In this document: in pieces, positions 12,682 to 27,193 of the stretch
How the letters are laid out: every line of letters begins with the position of its first letter
Position numbering within the stretch: position 1 is the stretch's first letter
Assembly (NCBI GenBank): GCA_951406725.2
Contig: OX597816.1
Coordinates: 71,114,001-71,178,000, forward strand
DNA from: Octopus vulgaris
Lineage: Eukaryota
Direction: 5' to 3'
Length of the DNA: 64,000 nt
The notes under the pieces: model-generated
Seen by the model: only the letters and a program-made list of their open reading frames with translations
The model's database searches: none
Told to the model about the DNA's origin: nothing
Translations under genes and position numbers: made by a program

Positions 12682-14819
12682 TGATTGATTGATTGATTGA
12701 TTCTAGTTTCAGCTTATGAGCTGTGGCCATGCTGGGACACCGCCATTTTGTGTTGCTACTTGGTTTCACTTCATGGAGGCTTTCTAGCAGCTGCTATTTG
12801 GTGCATGAGAGAGTTCGATGCAGCTGCCCTCATCTGCCCTCCTGCCGTGAAGTTGGTTCATCTGGGACACCTGACAGGAAGAGATCCAGCTTCATTTTAA
12901 AGACATCTGTATCCACCCCATGCAGGTCTCTCAGGTTCTTCGGGAGGATATTGAAGAGCTGTGGGCCTCGGAAGCCCAGGCTATCACAGTATCTTGTCCT
13001 ACATCTTGATGGCAGGTATGGAGTCCTAGGCACCACGCAGTGGCGCCCAGTTCTGGCATTTGCGTAACTCTCGATGCCAAAGTTCAGGACACTTCCCTCC
13101 AGGATCTTCCAGATGTATATTATGGCATATCTTTCCCGCCTACGCTCCAGGGAATATAATTTTAATCTCTTGAGTCTTTCCCAGTAGCTTACATTCTGCA
13201 TAGAGGCTATCTTCTTTGTGTAGCTTCGTTGGATCGCCTCAAGTTCTGTGATCAACTTGACACTGGATGGTGACCATAGCTGAGAGCAATAGTCAAAGTG
13301 GCTTAGGACAAGTGTCTTCCAGAGGACCATCATGGTTTCTTGTTCTCTTGTTCTAAAGGTTCTAAGAATCCATCCAGCCAGCCGTCTACATTTCATTGTC
13401 AGTTTAGCAACATGTACATGAAAGGTCGCGTCATCACTCATGTGAATACCAAGGTCACGCACTGATTGTGCCTCTGGGATTGCAATCCCTCCGGGTCCAG
13501 TGTATTCATTGGGTATTGCATTCAGTTTTGCATGCTGATAGTATAAAGCTTGAAACTTTCCAGCATTGAACTGCATGCTATTCTTTTCAGCCCACTTGTA
13601 TATTTCGTCCAGCTCACATTGCAGGTGTTTAGTGTCCTCAGGGTTCTGTATTGCCTGTGAAACTTTTGTATCATCTGCATAACTTGTGATCGTGGCTCTC
13701 TGCGTGGCTGAGGGCATGTCTGAGAGGGCCATTATGAACAGTAGTGGTCCCAGAACAGTGCCCTGCGGAACACCGCTCACTATTTGTGTGTTAATGGAGG
13801 TGGCCCCATTGGCTACTACCACCTGACTTCTATCCTTCAGAAAGTCATGAAGCCATTCTCCCAGTTTTCCAACTATGTTGAGATCACGCAGTTTGTGACA
13901 TATCATTCCATGATCGACTTTATCAAAGGCCTTTGCAAAGTCGAGATATATCACTTCCACATTTGAGTGGTTGAGCAGCCGTTTCAGCACCCAGTCATAG
14001 TGTTGTAGGAGCTGAGTTAAACAGCTTCTCCCTGGTCGGAAACCATGTTGGGTGTCGGGCAGCAAGTCATTCTCTTCAAGGAAGGTGATCAGCTTCCTTC
14101 TGACTATTCGTTCCATGACCTTGCTGATGTGTGAGGTCAGAGAGATAGGTCTATAGTTCTTGGCTTCCGCTCTGCTACCTCCTTTATGAATGGGGCATAT
14201 TTTACCTTCCTTCAGTTTTCCTGGAAGTTTGCCAGCTGCAAGGAAGCTCTGAAAGAGGAACTGCAGTGGTCTTGCTAGGACTCTCTTACATGCTTTTAGG
14301 AGGATTGCCGGGAATCCATCGGGGCCAGTAGCTGAGTCTGTTTTCATTTCATCTATAGCCTTCGTTACATCGTCTTCCTTTATATCGATGTAATCTATCG
14401 TCGCCGCCTCTGATTTTATATCTGCAGTGGTAAAAAAGTCAGTTGGATTGGTGATTTGGAGATGCCCAAGGGTGGAGTGAAAATACTCTTGAATTGCTCA
14501 TTCAGTATTTCACTTACCCTCATTGGTTTTCCTGTAAGTGTGCCATCCTTTTCGAGGAGTGGCCCTATTCTACAGTGCACTGTAGCTGTTTCTTTGGCAT
14601 ACCTGTAGAAAGCTCTGGGGTTAGATTTTATGTTTTCTATAGCCCAGGCTTCTTTGTCTGCTCTTTCTTTTTCATGGGAGAGTTGCAGACATTTTTCGAT
14701 TTCCAACAGTTTTATTTTTAGGCGGGACTTTTCACTGCTTTCAATCTGTTTGTTTAGGCGATTTGAAAATTTCGTACGCCGTCTCATTAAAATTTTCCTC
14801 TCTCTGGGGATTTTGTTCT

Positions 14820-14822
<3 letters not shown>
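12682..14822 (-). mobile_element. 5'-truncated CR1-group (CR1/L2/Crack-like) LINE with near-intact reverse transcriptase
   Basis: ORF 12830-14347 has NYRPISLTS, QHGFRPGRSC, YLDFAKAFDKVDH, GVPQGTVLGPLLF, YADDTK and LYSLERRRERY. Upstream ORF 14416-14787 joins via one frameshift near 14466. 3' tail (AATC)n at 12682-12702; 5' end truncated at a (TA)n tract. Confidence 0.93.
12830..14347 (-). CDS. LINE ORF2 reverse transcriptase domain (505 aa partial)
   Basis: Complete non-LTR RT motif set including YADD; no endonuclease domain present. Confidence 0.9.
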   Translation of the reverse strand: MKTDSATGPDGFPAILLKACKRVLARPLQFLFQSFLAAGKLPGKLKEGKICPIHKGGSRAEAKNYRPISLTSHISKVMERIVRRKLITFLEENDLLPDTQHGFRPGRSCLTQLLQHYDWVLKRLLNHSNVEVIYLDFAKAFDKVDHGMICHKLRDLNIVGKLGEWLHDFLKDRSQVVVANGATSINTQIVSGVPQGTVLGPLLFIMALSDMPSATQRATITSYADDTKVSQAIQNPEDTKHLQCELDEIYKWAEKNSMQFNAGKFQALYYQHAKLNAIPNEYTGPGGIAIPEAQSVRDLGIHMSDDATFHVHVAKLTMKCRRLAGWILRTFRTREQETMMVLWKTLVLSHFDYCSQLWSPSSVKLITELEAIQRSYTKKIASMQNVSYWERLKRLKLYSLERRRERYAIIYIWKILEGSVLNFGIESYANARTGRHCVVPRTPYLPSRCRTRYCDSLGFRGPQLFNILPKNLRDLHGVDTDVFKMKLDLFLSGVPDEPTSRQEGR

Positions 14823-15529
<707 letters not shown>

Positions 15530-15874
15530 TTTAGGGTTACAAAAAATGGGACCTGTGGTCAGTTTCTTCGACTAAAGACGGTGCTCCAGAATGGCCGCAG
15601 TCAAACAACTGAAACAAGAAAAAGAATAAAAGAATATACATACATACGTACATACGTACTTACGTACATACATACATATATACATACATATGAATATATT
15701 CTTTTATTCTTTACTTGTTTCAGTTATTTGACTGCGGCTATTCTGAAGTGCCGTCTTTAGTCGAAGAAAGCAACCCTATGTCTTATTCTTTGTAAGCCTA
15801 GTACTTATTCTATCGATGTCTGTTGCCGAACCACTACGTTTCGGGGGCGTAAACACATCAACATCGGTTGTGAT

Positions 15875-16360
15875 TAGCAGCTCTCCTACAATGTCGTCAC
15901 ACTACTACCTTCCTGTGCAGCACGATGTTGTTGCTAAAACAATTTACTATACCATCCGCAAAAAAGACTGTCCTGAAATAAACTTAGAAAATCCCTCTGT
16001 TATGGAATACATTCATAAACACCAACTCAAGGAATACTAGTGGAATATTCCCAACTGCTTCGAAACCTCCAGCTTCTATATCCGGACTATGAATTCATAT
16101 TCATATCAATAATAATTGGAGCACCAGGTTTTGTTAGTAAATGTTTAAAGGAGAATCTGGATAAACTGGGATTTTCAGAAAGAGAACTCGATCGGCTAAT
16201 TCGTACATTACATGTCCAATCTGTGAGTGGAACAGTAAAATATGCAACACTTTTCTCAAGTTCCAAATGTGAATTTGTCTGTGTTAACTACATCCCAAAG
16301 ATAGGGTCTTGTATCTTTGTTGGAAACCGGTTCCCTCCTCAGTGGAAGATTAATAATAAT
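15875..16360 (+). mobile_element. 3' fragment of a Dong/R4-like restriction-like-endonuclease LINE
   Basis: YYLPVQHDVVAKTIY (RHD-like motif), YSQLLRNLQLLYPDYEFIFISIIIGAPG, ends in (TAA)n; internally deleted. Confidence 0.72.
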
Positions 16361-16799
16361 TAAAAAATAGAAGAGACATACATACATACATACATATATG
16401 ATAAATTGTTCACAACACACCGTGTAGTTTTTGGCATTTGATAAATTAAAGTCTCTAGACTATAGTTTTGAAAGCATTTGCAGTGTTCCCTTATACAGTT
16501 ATAAATACGTTTTGTTATTCTCTTCGTAAGCAAAAAGAAAAAAAAATTAATGAGATTGACCGAATATTACTGTCTGTTGACCACGCATCAAATATCAAAT
16601 ACTCATCAACAATCTGCTCGTAAAGAACTTTTTTTTTAACTAATCGCTATTCAAATCAATCACAAACAGTAATTGGTAAACTAAACTTCATGCTACGCGA
16701 TTGTTAGACGCCGCTTACCGAATAATCGCAGAAAACGTATATAGTAAGTTTGCTTATTAAAAACAACACTATCAAATTATAGTTCTTAAATATAATTTG

Positions 16800-17430
16800 G
16801 TTTGTGGTTCCAAGAGTAATGCACACAAAATTTCTTGCAAGTGTCATGGTTTTGGTTGTTGTTAACAATGAAGAACATGTGATGGTTCCTCACTTTTTTC
16901 CAGAAGGCCTTAGAGTGAATGCTGCTGCGTATATTGAGGTTCTGGATAAAGTTGTTAAGCCTTGGATCAACAGTTTATGCAATGGAAAGCCTTATGTCTT
17001 TCAACAAGATTCTGCATCATCACACAAAGCTCAAATGACACAAGAATGGATGACCGACAACTTGCATGATCACATAAACCCCAACATTTGGCCTCCTACT
17101 ACCCAGATCTCAATGCACTGGACTACTATTTATGGAGCATCGTTGAGAAAAATGTCAATGAACACCTCCATAGCACCAAAGATTCTTTGAAAGCCGCCAT
17201 AGTTCGAGGCATGTCCAATATGAACAAGGACCACTTAATCCGAGCTTGCAAGCGATTTCGACCCCGCGTAGAGGCAGTTATTGATGCTTATGGTGGTTTT
17301 ATTGAATGAAATTATTAAAATCGATAATTTAGCTTTATGTTTAGGATATTTTTATAAGAACAGTTTTTTCCTGTTATTATATAGGCGTTTTTTTAACCAT
17401 AAATCTGATCTCAAATACCGTCCGCACCGA
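16800..17430 (+). mobile_element. Tc1/mariner DD37D (maT-type) transposase 3' fragment
   Basis: VVKPWI...YVFQQDSA...WPP[frameshift]YPDLNALDYYLW; about 37 residues between the catalytic Asps; C-terminus ends GGFIE. Confidence 0.85.
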
Positions 17431-17537
17431 GGCAAGCAGAATTTCGGATAATTGTCTATTAGCGCTTTCATCCGTTCAGTAGTAGGACTCTTCTCCTTTT
17501 TCTTAATATACAATATCTGTACATCATTTCAAACACT

Positions 17538-17575
<38 letters not shown>

Positions 17576-18068
17576 TTGTATACATGTGTGTATGCATATT
17601 TATTTATATTCCCACACACAAACGTGCACACATACACGCTTGTGTTTATATTTATTCATATATACTTATACATTTCTTAGTGTGCCTATGTGTGTGTGTA
17701 TGCGCGCGCGCGTGTGTGTGTGCGTGCGTGTGTGTGTGTGTGTGTGTGCGTGTGTAAAGGTGCGTAGCCCGGGGTTTAGGTTGTTGCACTCAAAGTCACA
17801 AGATCCTGATTTCGCTTCCCAAAGCGGCGCTGCGTTGTGCTCCTGAACAAAACCTGTTTTCATGTTGCTCCAGTACACTCACCCGTAAATGGGCAACCTT
17901 GCAATCGACAGGTGCTCCGTTCATGAGGATTGTCGAACTGTCCGTCTAGCTAGCGGGCTGGCATAATTCTAGCGTTACAACAAAGCGCATTGCGACCAAT
18001 GGTGTATAAAAAGAACCGATCGTCTGGTCGGTACAATGAGATAAAATACGTAATATAATATAACGTAA

Positions 18069-18439
18069 CTAGCACTATGACCCGGCAACGCCGGGTCATC
18101 GTGCTAGTCCATGCATATACAGCTGCGTGCGTGTGCACATACACGCCTGTACTGTCCAAATCTCCGACCAATCACATACAGATAGCAAGCTTTCAATTGG
18201 CGTATCAAGCACGAGCATTTTGATTGGTATTTGGATAGAAAATTCACAAAAAAGTCACTTCTATTGATTTTTTAATGGCTTTGCAGGGTGACTGGGGAAA
18301 TGTAAAGATGTGCACGACCACCCTTGGACGGTTTTGAATGACCATAGAAAGTGCGAGCCCTCTAACTGAAGAATTGTGGATTTGTATAAAGGATACACAC
18401 ACAGAGAGACAGACATTTTGCCGTTTATATATAGAGAGA
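18069..18439 (-). mobile_element. Non-autonomous Helitron, copy 2
   Basis: TC...CTAG ends, A|T target, GC hairpin gacccggcaacgccgggtc near the 3' end. Confidence 0.85.
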
Positions 18440-18857
18440 TTTAGCATGCGTTCATAATATCGGTATATCAAAATCGATGCATATTAAATACAGTAGTGAC
18501 ATTAAAAGCAATCTGATGTTTCGGAACTTCCCGTTTGTCTCAGAGAGACAACGATTCTGCCGGCAGGTCGTCTTTTTTTTTAAGCAACATATCAAATATA
18601 AGGATATCAATGTCACACCATATGGGTTTCTAGCTTAGCCAGCAGGCCAACGTGTGGAGTAGGATGTCGATCCTGACTGTAATTTTTTACTTTTATCGAA
18701 CTTAGGGTAAGATGAAAATCAAAGTGGACGCTTAGCAAAATTTGAACTCAAAATATAAAAACAGAATTCAATTGAAAATATATCATAGAAAGTATTTCAT
18801 GTTCTCACTGTCTCTCTCTCTCTCTCTCTCGCTCTCTCTCCCTCTGTATATACATAC

Positions 18858-18927
<70 letters not shown>

Positions 18928-19147
18928 CTCCCTAGTTCTTCTGTGTGACCCTTCTGTGCGGCCTTCGCCATGATAGATCGTTAGACACTATTTTCTCTCC
19001 TTGTTTCTTTCTGTATTCCTTTCTGCAGAAGAGCGTAGGCTCGAAACGTTAAAGACTTTTTCACTTCCCAAGCATTTAAAACTAATACATCTGTTTGTTG
19101 TCTACACCACCTGTCTTCGTCTTGGTTTTTTTTTTTTTCGTGAATTC

Positions 19148-19201
<54 letters not shown>

Positions 19202-19744
19202 ATCCAAACATGAAAACACAAAGAGAAAACACAACAACGCGAGGACGTGCAACAAGTATAGTGCTATTGGACACTCAGGAAAGGAAAGAAAGAAGGAGGA
19301 TTTAACGTTTCGAGCGGAGCTTTTCGTCAGAAACATAGGAAAAGGAAAGATCCAAGGAAGGGAAGACGGAGGAAAAAATCGCCAACGGTACACACGCGGT
19401 CACATTTATATATATATGACGATAAAGAGACACTTCTGGAACGTCGGATTTCGCTTTGCGTTTTTTTTGTTTTGTTTGTTCGTTGTTGCATTTTTTTTTT
19501 CAAGGCGTACCAACTTCCCCAGAATAACAAGAATCCTTGAAATAACAGTGGGTGCCATGTTTATTATACATACTTTGTACCGTGTATCCTTTCTATAGAC
19601 TCGAGGCCTGAAATTTTGGGCGTGAAGAGGAAAGTCGATTTCACCGACTCTAGTACTTGACTGGTAATTAAAAGGGGTTTCAACTCAGATCATTAACACG
19701 GATCAAATGCCGCTAAATATTTTGCCCAGGGTGCTAACGATTTT

Positions 19745-20480
19745 TTTCTACTCTAGGCACAAGACCCGAAATTTTATGGGAGGGGGACAGTCGATTAGAT
19801 CGAGCCCAGTACGCAACTGGTACTTAATTTCTCGATTCCTGAAAAGATGAAAGGTAAAGTCGACCTCGGTAGAATTTGAACTCAGAACGCAAAGACAGAC
19901 GAAATACCTATTTCTTTACTACCCACAAGGGGTTAAACACAGAGAGGACATACGGATTAAGTCGATTATATCGATCCCAGTGCGTAACAAGTATTTATTT
20001 AATCGACCTCGAAAGGATGAAGGGCAAAGTCGATCTCGGCAGAATTTGAACTCAGAACGCAGCGGCAGAGGAAATACCTATTCCTTTACTACCCACAAGG
20101 GGCTAAACACAGAGTTGACAAACAAGGACAGGCAGACGGATTAAGTTGATTATATCGACCCCAATGCGTAACTGGTACTTAATTTATCGACCCCCAAAGA
20201 ATGAAGGGCAAAGACGACCTCGGCGGAATTTGAACTCAGAACGCAGCGGCAAACGATATACCTATTCCTTTACTACCCACAAGGGGTTAAACACAGAGGA
20301 GACAAACAAGGACAGACAGACGGATTAAGTCGATTACATTGACCCCAGTGCGTAACTGGTACTTAATTTATCGACCCCGAAAGGATGAAAGGCAAAGTCG
20401 ACCTCGGCGGAATTTGAGCTCACAACGTAACGGCAGACGAAATACCGCTAAGCACTTCGCCCGGTTTGCTAACGATTCTG
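19745..20480 (-). mobile_element. Nin-domain SINE with about four tandem 170-180-bp body units
   Basis: Head near 20480 followed by repeated B-box + Nin + tail units. Confidence 0.85.
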
Positions 20481-20760
20481 TCCGCTGGTGGTCTTTATTT
20501 TAAACAGCATATCGATTATTAGGATATCAATGTCACACCATATGGATTTCTAGCTTAGCCAACAGGCCAAAGTGAGGTAGGATGTCGACCCTGACTGTAA
20601 CTTTACTTTTATCGAGATTAGAGAAAGATGAAAATCAAAGCTGACGTTTAGCGAAATTTGAACTCAATGTAAAGAGGTACATACATACATGTACATGCAT
20701 ATATATACACACTTACATATACACATATATGTATACATACATAAACACATACATATACCC

Positions 20761-20799
<39 letters not shown>

Positions 20800-20924
20800 C
20801 ACACATATACACATATATATGTAGAAACATACATATACACATATATAAATACTTAAATACATATACACATATACATATATATGTATACTTATATATACAT
20901 ATATATACACATACAAATATATAA

Positions 20925-20956
<32 letters not shown>

Positions 20957-21162
20957 GTACATACACATATATATATACATACACATACATATATCTACAT
21001 ACATACGGATACATATATCTACATAATACGTATACATACATACATACATATACACAAATACATTTACACATATATATATATACATATATATATATATGTA
21101 GATACATCTATATACATATATGCATATATACATATATATATATATGTATGTATGTATACGTA

Positions 21163-21205
<43 letters not shown>

Positions 21206-21207
21206 AC

Positions 21208-21261
<54 letters not shown>

Positions 21262-21388
21262 GTATGTGTGTATATATATATATATATGTATACTCATGTG
21301 TTGTGTGTGTGTATGTGTGTTTGTACGGGTGCAAAACGCTAAGTATTTTGTACCCGTTATACTGAATCTGTCAATCCATTTGTCTCAC

Positions 21389-21454
21389 ATATCGAATAAC
21401 GTATCGGTGATAACATTACATCCAGATGGCAATCAGGAGATCGTGATTTCAATC
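21389..21454 (-). CDS. Candidate small internal exon of the SNAG gene
   Basis: Acceptor ttcgtgtttcgttcAG|, donor |GTGAGA, 66 nt, open in phase 1 ((G)[21 protein letters not shown]), in unique sequence. No homology evidence. Confidence 0.25.
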
Positions 21455-22085
21455 CTGAACGAAACACGAAATATTAATAATTTACTTTATATAATGAGTC
21501 GTGAACGCACCTGAAATGCACCACGTCAACACACAATCATACACTCATATACACACACATACATACATACATACACATACACACGTGTGTGTTTAGATGT
21601 ATGTATGTATGTTTTTGTGTATGTGTGTGTTTGAGAGTGTGTGTGTATATATATATATATATGTGCGTGTGTGTGTTAAGTGCTACGCACAAATCTCTGG
21701 GCCGTTAAGTCTGTTTGTGGTTTATAGAATGTGTGTATGTGAGATAGAGTGTGTGTGTGAGTATGTATGTTTATAAATATGTTTATGTATGTGTATACAA
21801 ACATACACACATGCAAAGAAATATATCCGTATACATACACACATACATTAAGATGGGTGTATATAAATATATATAATTTACAATATAATTTAATATGTAT
21901 ATATAAAGTAATATAAACATACATAAATGTATATACATACATTTGTATATCTCTCTATCTATCTATCTATGCATGTATATATAATTAAATATATATATAT
22001 AAATACACATATATATACATACAGACACACACACACACATATATACATTCTTTCTCTTACTAGTTTCAGCTTCAGAGCTGCACCC

Positions 22086-22228
<143 letters not shown>

Positions 22229-22560
22229 TATGTGTGTGTGTTCGGTTTGTTCTCTGACCCACACTCGTACGAACAAACACACACTGCAAGATATAGAAAT
22301 ATATACGAATATGAGGTTTCTGTATATGTGTGTATGTGCATATGTGTATGGACACAATGCATACGAAATATTCACATCTGCGCACTTATATGTATAGATT
22401 GTTCGAAGTGGTGTCCAGATTTTATATATTCAGAAAACGACGGTGGTCAAGGTTTTGGATAAAAACTTTATTTTCTGTTTTCGTCCCTTTTTGCTGTTCA
22501 TCATGAATTCATACACCTCGGATATATATACGTAGTGACGTATGTATGTATGTATGTATG

Positions 22561-22701
<141 letters not shown>

Positions 22702-23226
22702 TGTTTCTTTATTACCCACACAGGGCTGAACACGGAGGGGACAAATTACAAAGTAGAGCTTTACTTTATGGGGAGAAAATAAAGGGGAGGTAGGTTTTCG
22801 ATCAAAAGGGATCGTAAAAAAAAAAGATAGATAGATAGATACTATACAAAGTAAAATTAGCGGAAATGACGGCGAGATCTGTAAGTTTTTTAATTTTGTT
22901 CGTTATATAAGATGGAATTTTTTTTGAAAATTATCAAACATTGGCAGAGATTGACTTCATAGCGCGACAAAGCAACACAAACTTAAGATTAAAGGCTTCG
23001 AGCGGCAAGAAATTTCCTTCGACAAACTCATAGAAGTTTTATATCTGTACATAAAAAAAAATGATACTTCTCGTATTAGGGACTAATTCTCTTCAATTTT
23101 TCCTTTGTACCGTTATATTATACTACCCTGTACACCAACAACAACCTCCATTTCTATGGGTAAATTTATAGACGTGTATATAATAATATATATCTGTATA
23201 CAAATAAACATATGAGCATATATATG

Positions 23227-23270
<44 letters not shown>

Positions 23271-23408
23271 TTTTTCTTCCAAAATGGAGACGAACACCAT
23301 TTCTCCATGTGATCGGCTTGGAAAATTGTTAAGATATTAAGATATTTTTCTTAATATGAAACCAATGGTGGACTTAATACACAAATAACGAAATTCTATC
23401 CACGAATG

Positions 23409-23476
<68 letters not shown>

Positions 23477-23644
23477 CATACATACATACATACATACATA
23501 CATACATACATACATACATACATACATACATGTGCATATAAATAGAGATACAAATATATCTAGATACTCATTAGCACAGATTTAAATACTCGCTTATACA
23601 GATGTACATACATATATACACACACACAAACACACAACTATAGG

Positions 23645-23726
<82 letters not shown>

Positions 23727-24006
23727 TTAAAGTAGCTGAAAATGCAAGTAGATCGTTAGATAGTTCCAAAATCTCACTGTAACGCTTGCACGATCAGCTT
23801 CACTTCCTATTTATTGTGGCTGAGTATACCTCGGATAATTTTATCTTCAAAGCATTCTTCAAGCTGCATGATAATTCCAACCTCTTCAGTTACAAATACC
23901 TAGAATTAGAATTTGTTCTCTCCATTATCTATAAAGCTTTCTACCTTATTCTCCCGGACTCTTTTTGCCGAACTGGTAAGTTACGGGGAAGCGGTGCAGG
24001 ACAAAC

Positions 24007-24044
<38 letters not shown>

Positions 24045-24090
24045 GTTTGTCCTGTACTTACTCGTGTATGTGTGTGTGTGCATACATGCA

Positions 24091-24138
<48 letters not shown>

Positions 24139-24460
24139 TATGTATGTTTGTGCATATATATATATACATTTATAGATACATATGTATGTATATGTGTATG
24201 TATATATATATATATATATACATACACATATACATACATATAAATATGTATGTATATTTGTGTATAAACACAAGAAACACAGTCAGAAACAAGGAAAATG
24301 CCACTTGTATTTGAACACTATGCAAATATTCTTTTAAAAAAACTTTAATTTAATTATTTTCCATACTTACAGATTGAAAAGTCTCTATAACTGAAACCGG
24401 TACTGAAATGTTTTTTATAAAATTATTTTAGCATTTTCTATCTTGACTTTTTTCCATATA

Positions 24461-24513
<53 letters not shown>

Positions 24514-24594
24514 CAATTTACTTTTACAGACAAATTCCTCTATTTACATAATATCGAGGTCTCTTTCATTCTTTTGTTGTCTTACCATTTCTAT

Positions 24595-24652
<58 letters not shown>

Positions 24653-24726
24653 AATATTAGGGAATGAATCCAAAATTACAGGGAAAAATCAGATTTAGGG
24701 TAAAATCCAATTTTATAGTAAAATAT

Positions 24727-25059
24727 TATATAATATAATTCGAGACAAAACCACTATTTTAAAACCAAACAAGGAAAGACTTAATCAATACATAAAATTT
24801 TAATATAAATTAAATAAACCGCCACTACAAATGTTTCATGTCTGCTACCGACAATCTTCAGGTGGATTTTCGATCTTCTAATCAGTATCAAATTCACTTC
24901 AAAATTTGATACTGATTAGAAGATCGAAAATCCACCTGAAGATTGTCGGTAGCAGACATGAAACATTTGTAGTGGCGGTTTATTTAATTTATATTAAAAT
25001 TTTATGTATTGATTAAGTCTTTCCTTGTTTGGTTTTAAAATAGTGGTTTTGTCTCGAAT

Positions 25060-25070
<11 letters not shown>
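24727..25070. repeat. Apparently perfect palindrome, 168-bp arms, 8-nt loop
   Basis: Mirror about 24895-24902; one hammerhead per arm. Confidence 0.95.
24932..24975 (+). ncRNA. Minimal type I hammerhead ribozyme (mirror copy 24822-24865, minus)
   Basis: ccac CTGAAGA ttgtc-ggtagca-gacat GAAAC attt GTA gtgg. Confidence 0.82.
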
Positions 25071-25114
<44 letters not shown>

Positions 25115-25180
25115 TATGTATGTTTGTGCATATATATATATATATATATATACACGCACACACATATGTATGTTTGTGCA

Positions 25181-25290
<110 letters not shown>

Positions 25291-25985
25291 CATACACACG
25301 TATGTATACACGACGGCGAAGGGATTCTTTCAGTTTCTATCTGCCAAATCCACACACAAGTGTTTAGTCAGCTCAATATTATAGTAGAAGGTGAATGCCG
25401 TGGGATTTGAATCCAAGACAATGAAGCGAAGAAGCAAACTTCTAACCCCACAGCCATACAGAAATACACACACACGTGTATGTGTGTATATATGTATCAA
25501 TGTTATTATTCAGTTTTATTTCTAGATTTCTTGCCAGTAGAGAAGGTGCCGGTTTCTAATCTAGATCCAAGGCTCCTTCATTGGAATTCCAACAACATCA
25601 ACAGGGTATTTTTGCATGTATGCATGCATGCACATATACATGCATGCACATATGCATGTATGTATGTTTGTATGCATAGATGCATGTATGTATGTATGTA
25701 TGTATGTTCTTAGGTATTTATGTATATTGACGTCATATAAATTTATAAACTTTCGAGAGAACGTGGAATAATTCTTCTTTGGAACTGGTTCTCGAAGTAA
25801 GCTATATAAATAATAGCTTGTGAACATTGAGCATGTATCCCTACGGACAGCTTTCGACTTAGTCTCTGCAAAAGACTCCTCAATCCAATATTTTCATACT
25901 TGCTTATATAGACTTCGAAAACCAATTCCAAAACTGCATCAAGTATATATATACATACATATATATATATACATACATACATACA

Positions 25986-26019
<34 letters not shown>

Positions 26020-26124
26020 CATATCATATATATATGAACGCCATGATAGATCGTTAGCTCCTACACGTATTTTTTTTTCTCCATGTGGCTGAGAAGCAAG
26101 CTTCTTACCACACAGCCACGCTTG

Positions 26125-26168
<44 letters not shown>

Positions 26169-26361
26169 TAATCCAAACGGGAAAACAGAAAAAACAACAA
26201 CACGTGGAACAATTACAGTATTATTATTATTAGGCGCTCAGGAAAATGGAAGAAGGAGGGTATGACGTTTCGAGCGGAGCTCTTCGTCGGAAACATAGGA
26301 GAAAGAAAGATCCCGAGACGGGAGGACAGAGGAAAAAAAATTGCAGGTAGTCTTCACGAGG

Positions 26362-26402
<41 letters not shown>

Positions 26403-26461
26403 TGCATACATACATACATACATACATACATACATACATACATACATACATACATACATAC

Positions 26462-26700
26462 ATAGTGTCCCAGAAATCGGGTAAATTTTTAAAAGACTGA
26501 CAGAACTTTTGTTTATTACTTAATTATGATACCAACACAAATAGATTTATAAAGCTTACATCAAAACTTTATTGGAAATTCTCAACATGTGCTCCAGCAT
26601 TGTAAATCGCATTTTGAAGCGTTTCAGGAATTATCTCTTGCACTGCTAACTGAATGAGTTCTTTAAGTTCAGCTAAACTATTTGCTCCATCCTAGCGATG
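26462..26700 (-). mobile_element. Tc1/mariner 3' remnant
   Basis: Minus-strand SLAELKELIQLAVQEIIPETLQNA...GAHVEN resembles the DD41D C-terminus; TIR-like agtgtccca end. Confidence 0.5.
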
Positions 26701-26897
26701 AAGATAAAGAAAATGATTGCAGCCAAATTTTAAAAAAGCTACCGTGCACAGATAAAGGTATCCAACAAATGAAAATAAATAAAATTATGAAAAGAAATTA
26801 TGAAAAAAAATTAAGAATATAAAATTAAAATTATATTCTGTCCGCTGAGATTATTCGAAAACACAAGACCTAATAACCTAACGGTATATCTTTTCTA

Positions 26898-26981
26898 CTC
26901 CTCTGATGAGATTTTGCCTAATATAATGATTTTAATAATTGCTATGTTGATCTTTAGGCTTTATTAAAACAGTTGTAAGAG
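26898..26981 (+). ncRNA. Decayed hammerhead just downstream of a possible PLE endonuclease C-terminus
   Basis: ct CTGATGA ga...gcctaa...ttaggc... AAAAC agtt GTA agag (G12A); upstream attcgaaaacacaag reads IRKHK, resembling the I..hkP.LN end of Penelope GIY-YIG ORFs. Confidence 0.5.
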
Positions 26982-27150
26982 AATATGTTGGAGCTTTGCA
27001 GATAATAAATTTTAATTAAATGCTATTTCTCTATTTTCTTAATTTTCTTTTGAATGTGAAAATTATAAACAAAATTTAAAATCTACATATGTTAAACAAA
27101 TAAAAATAAGTTTTTTAAAAAATTGTCTAATTTCACTGAAATGGGACATC

Positions 27151-27189
<39 letters not shown>

Positions 27190-27193
<4 letters not shown>

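Noticed and set aside
19745-20480. Repeat array as CRISPR or retrozyme
   Set aside because: Units are whole SINE bodies without unique spacers; no CTGANGA/GAAA core found on either strand; eukaryotic context.
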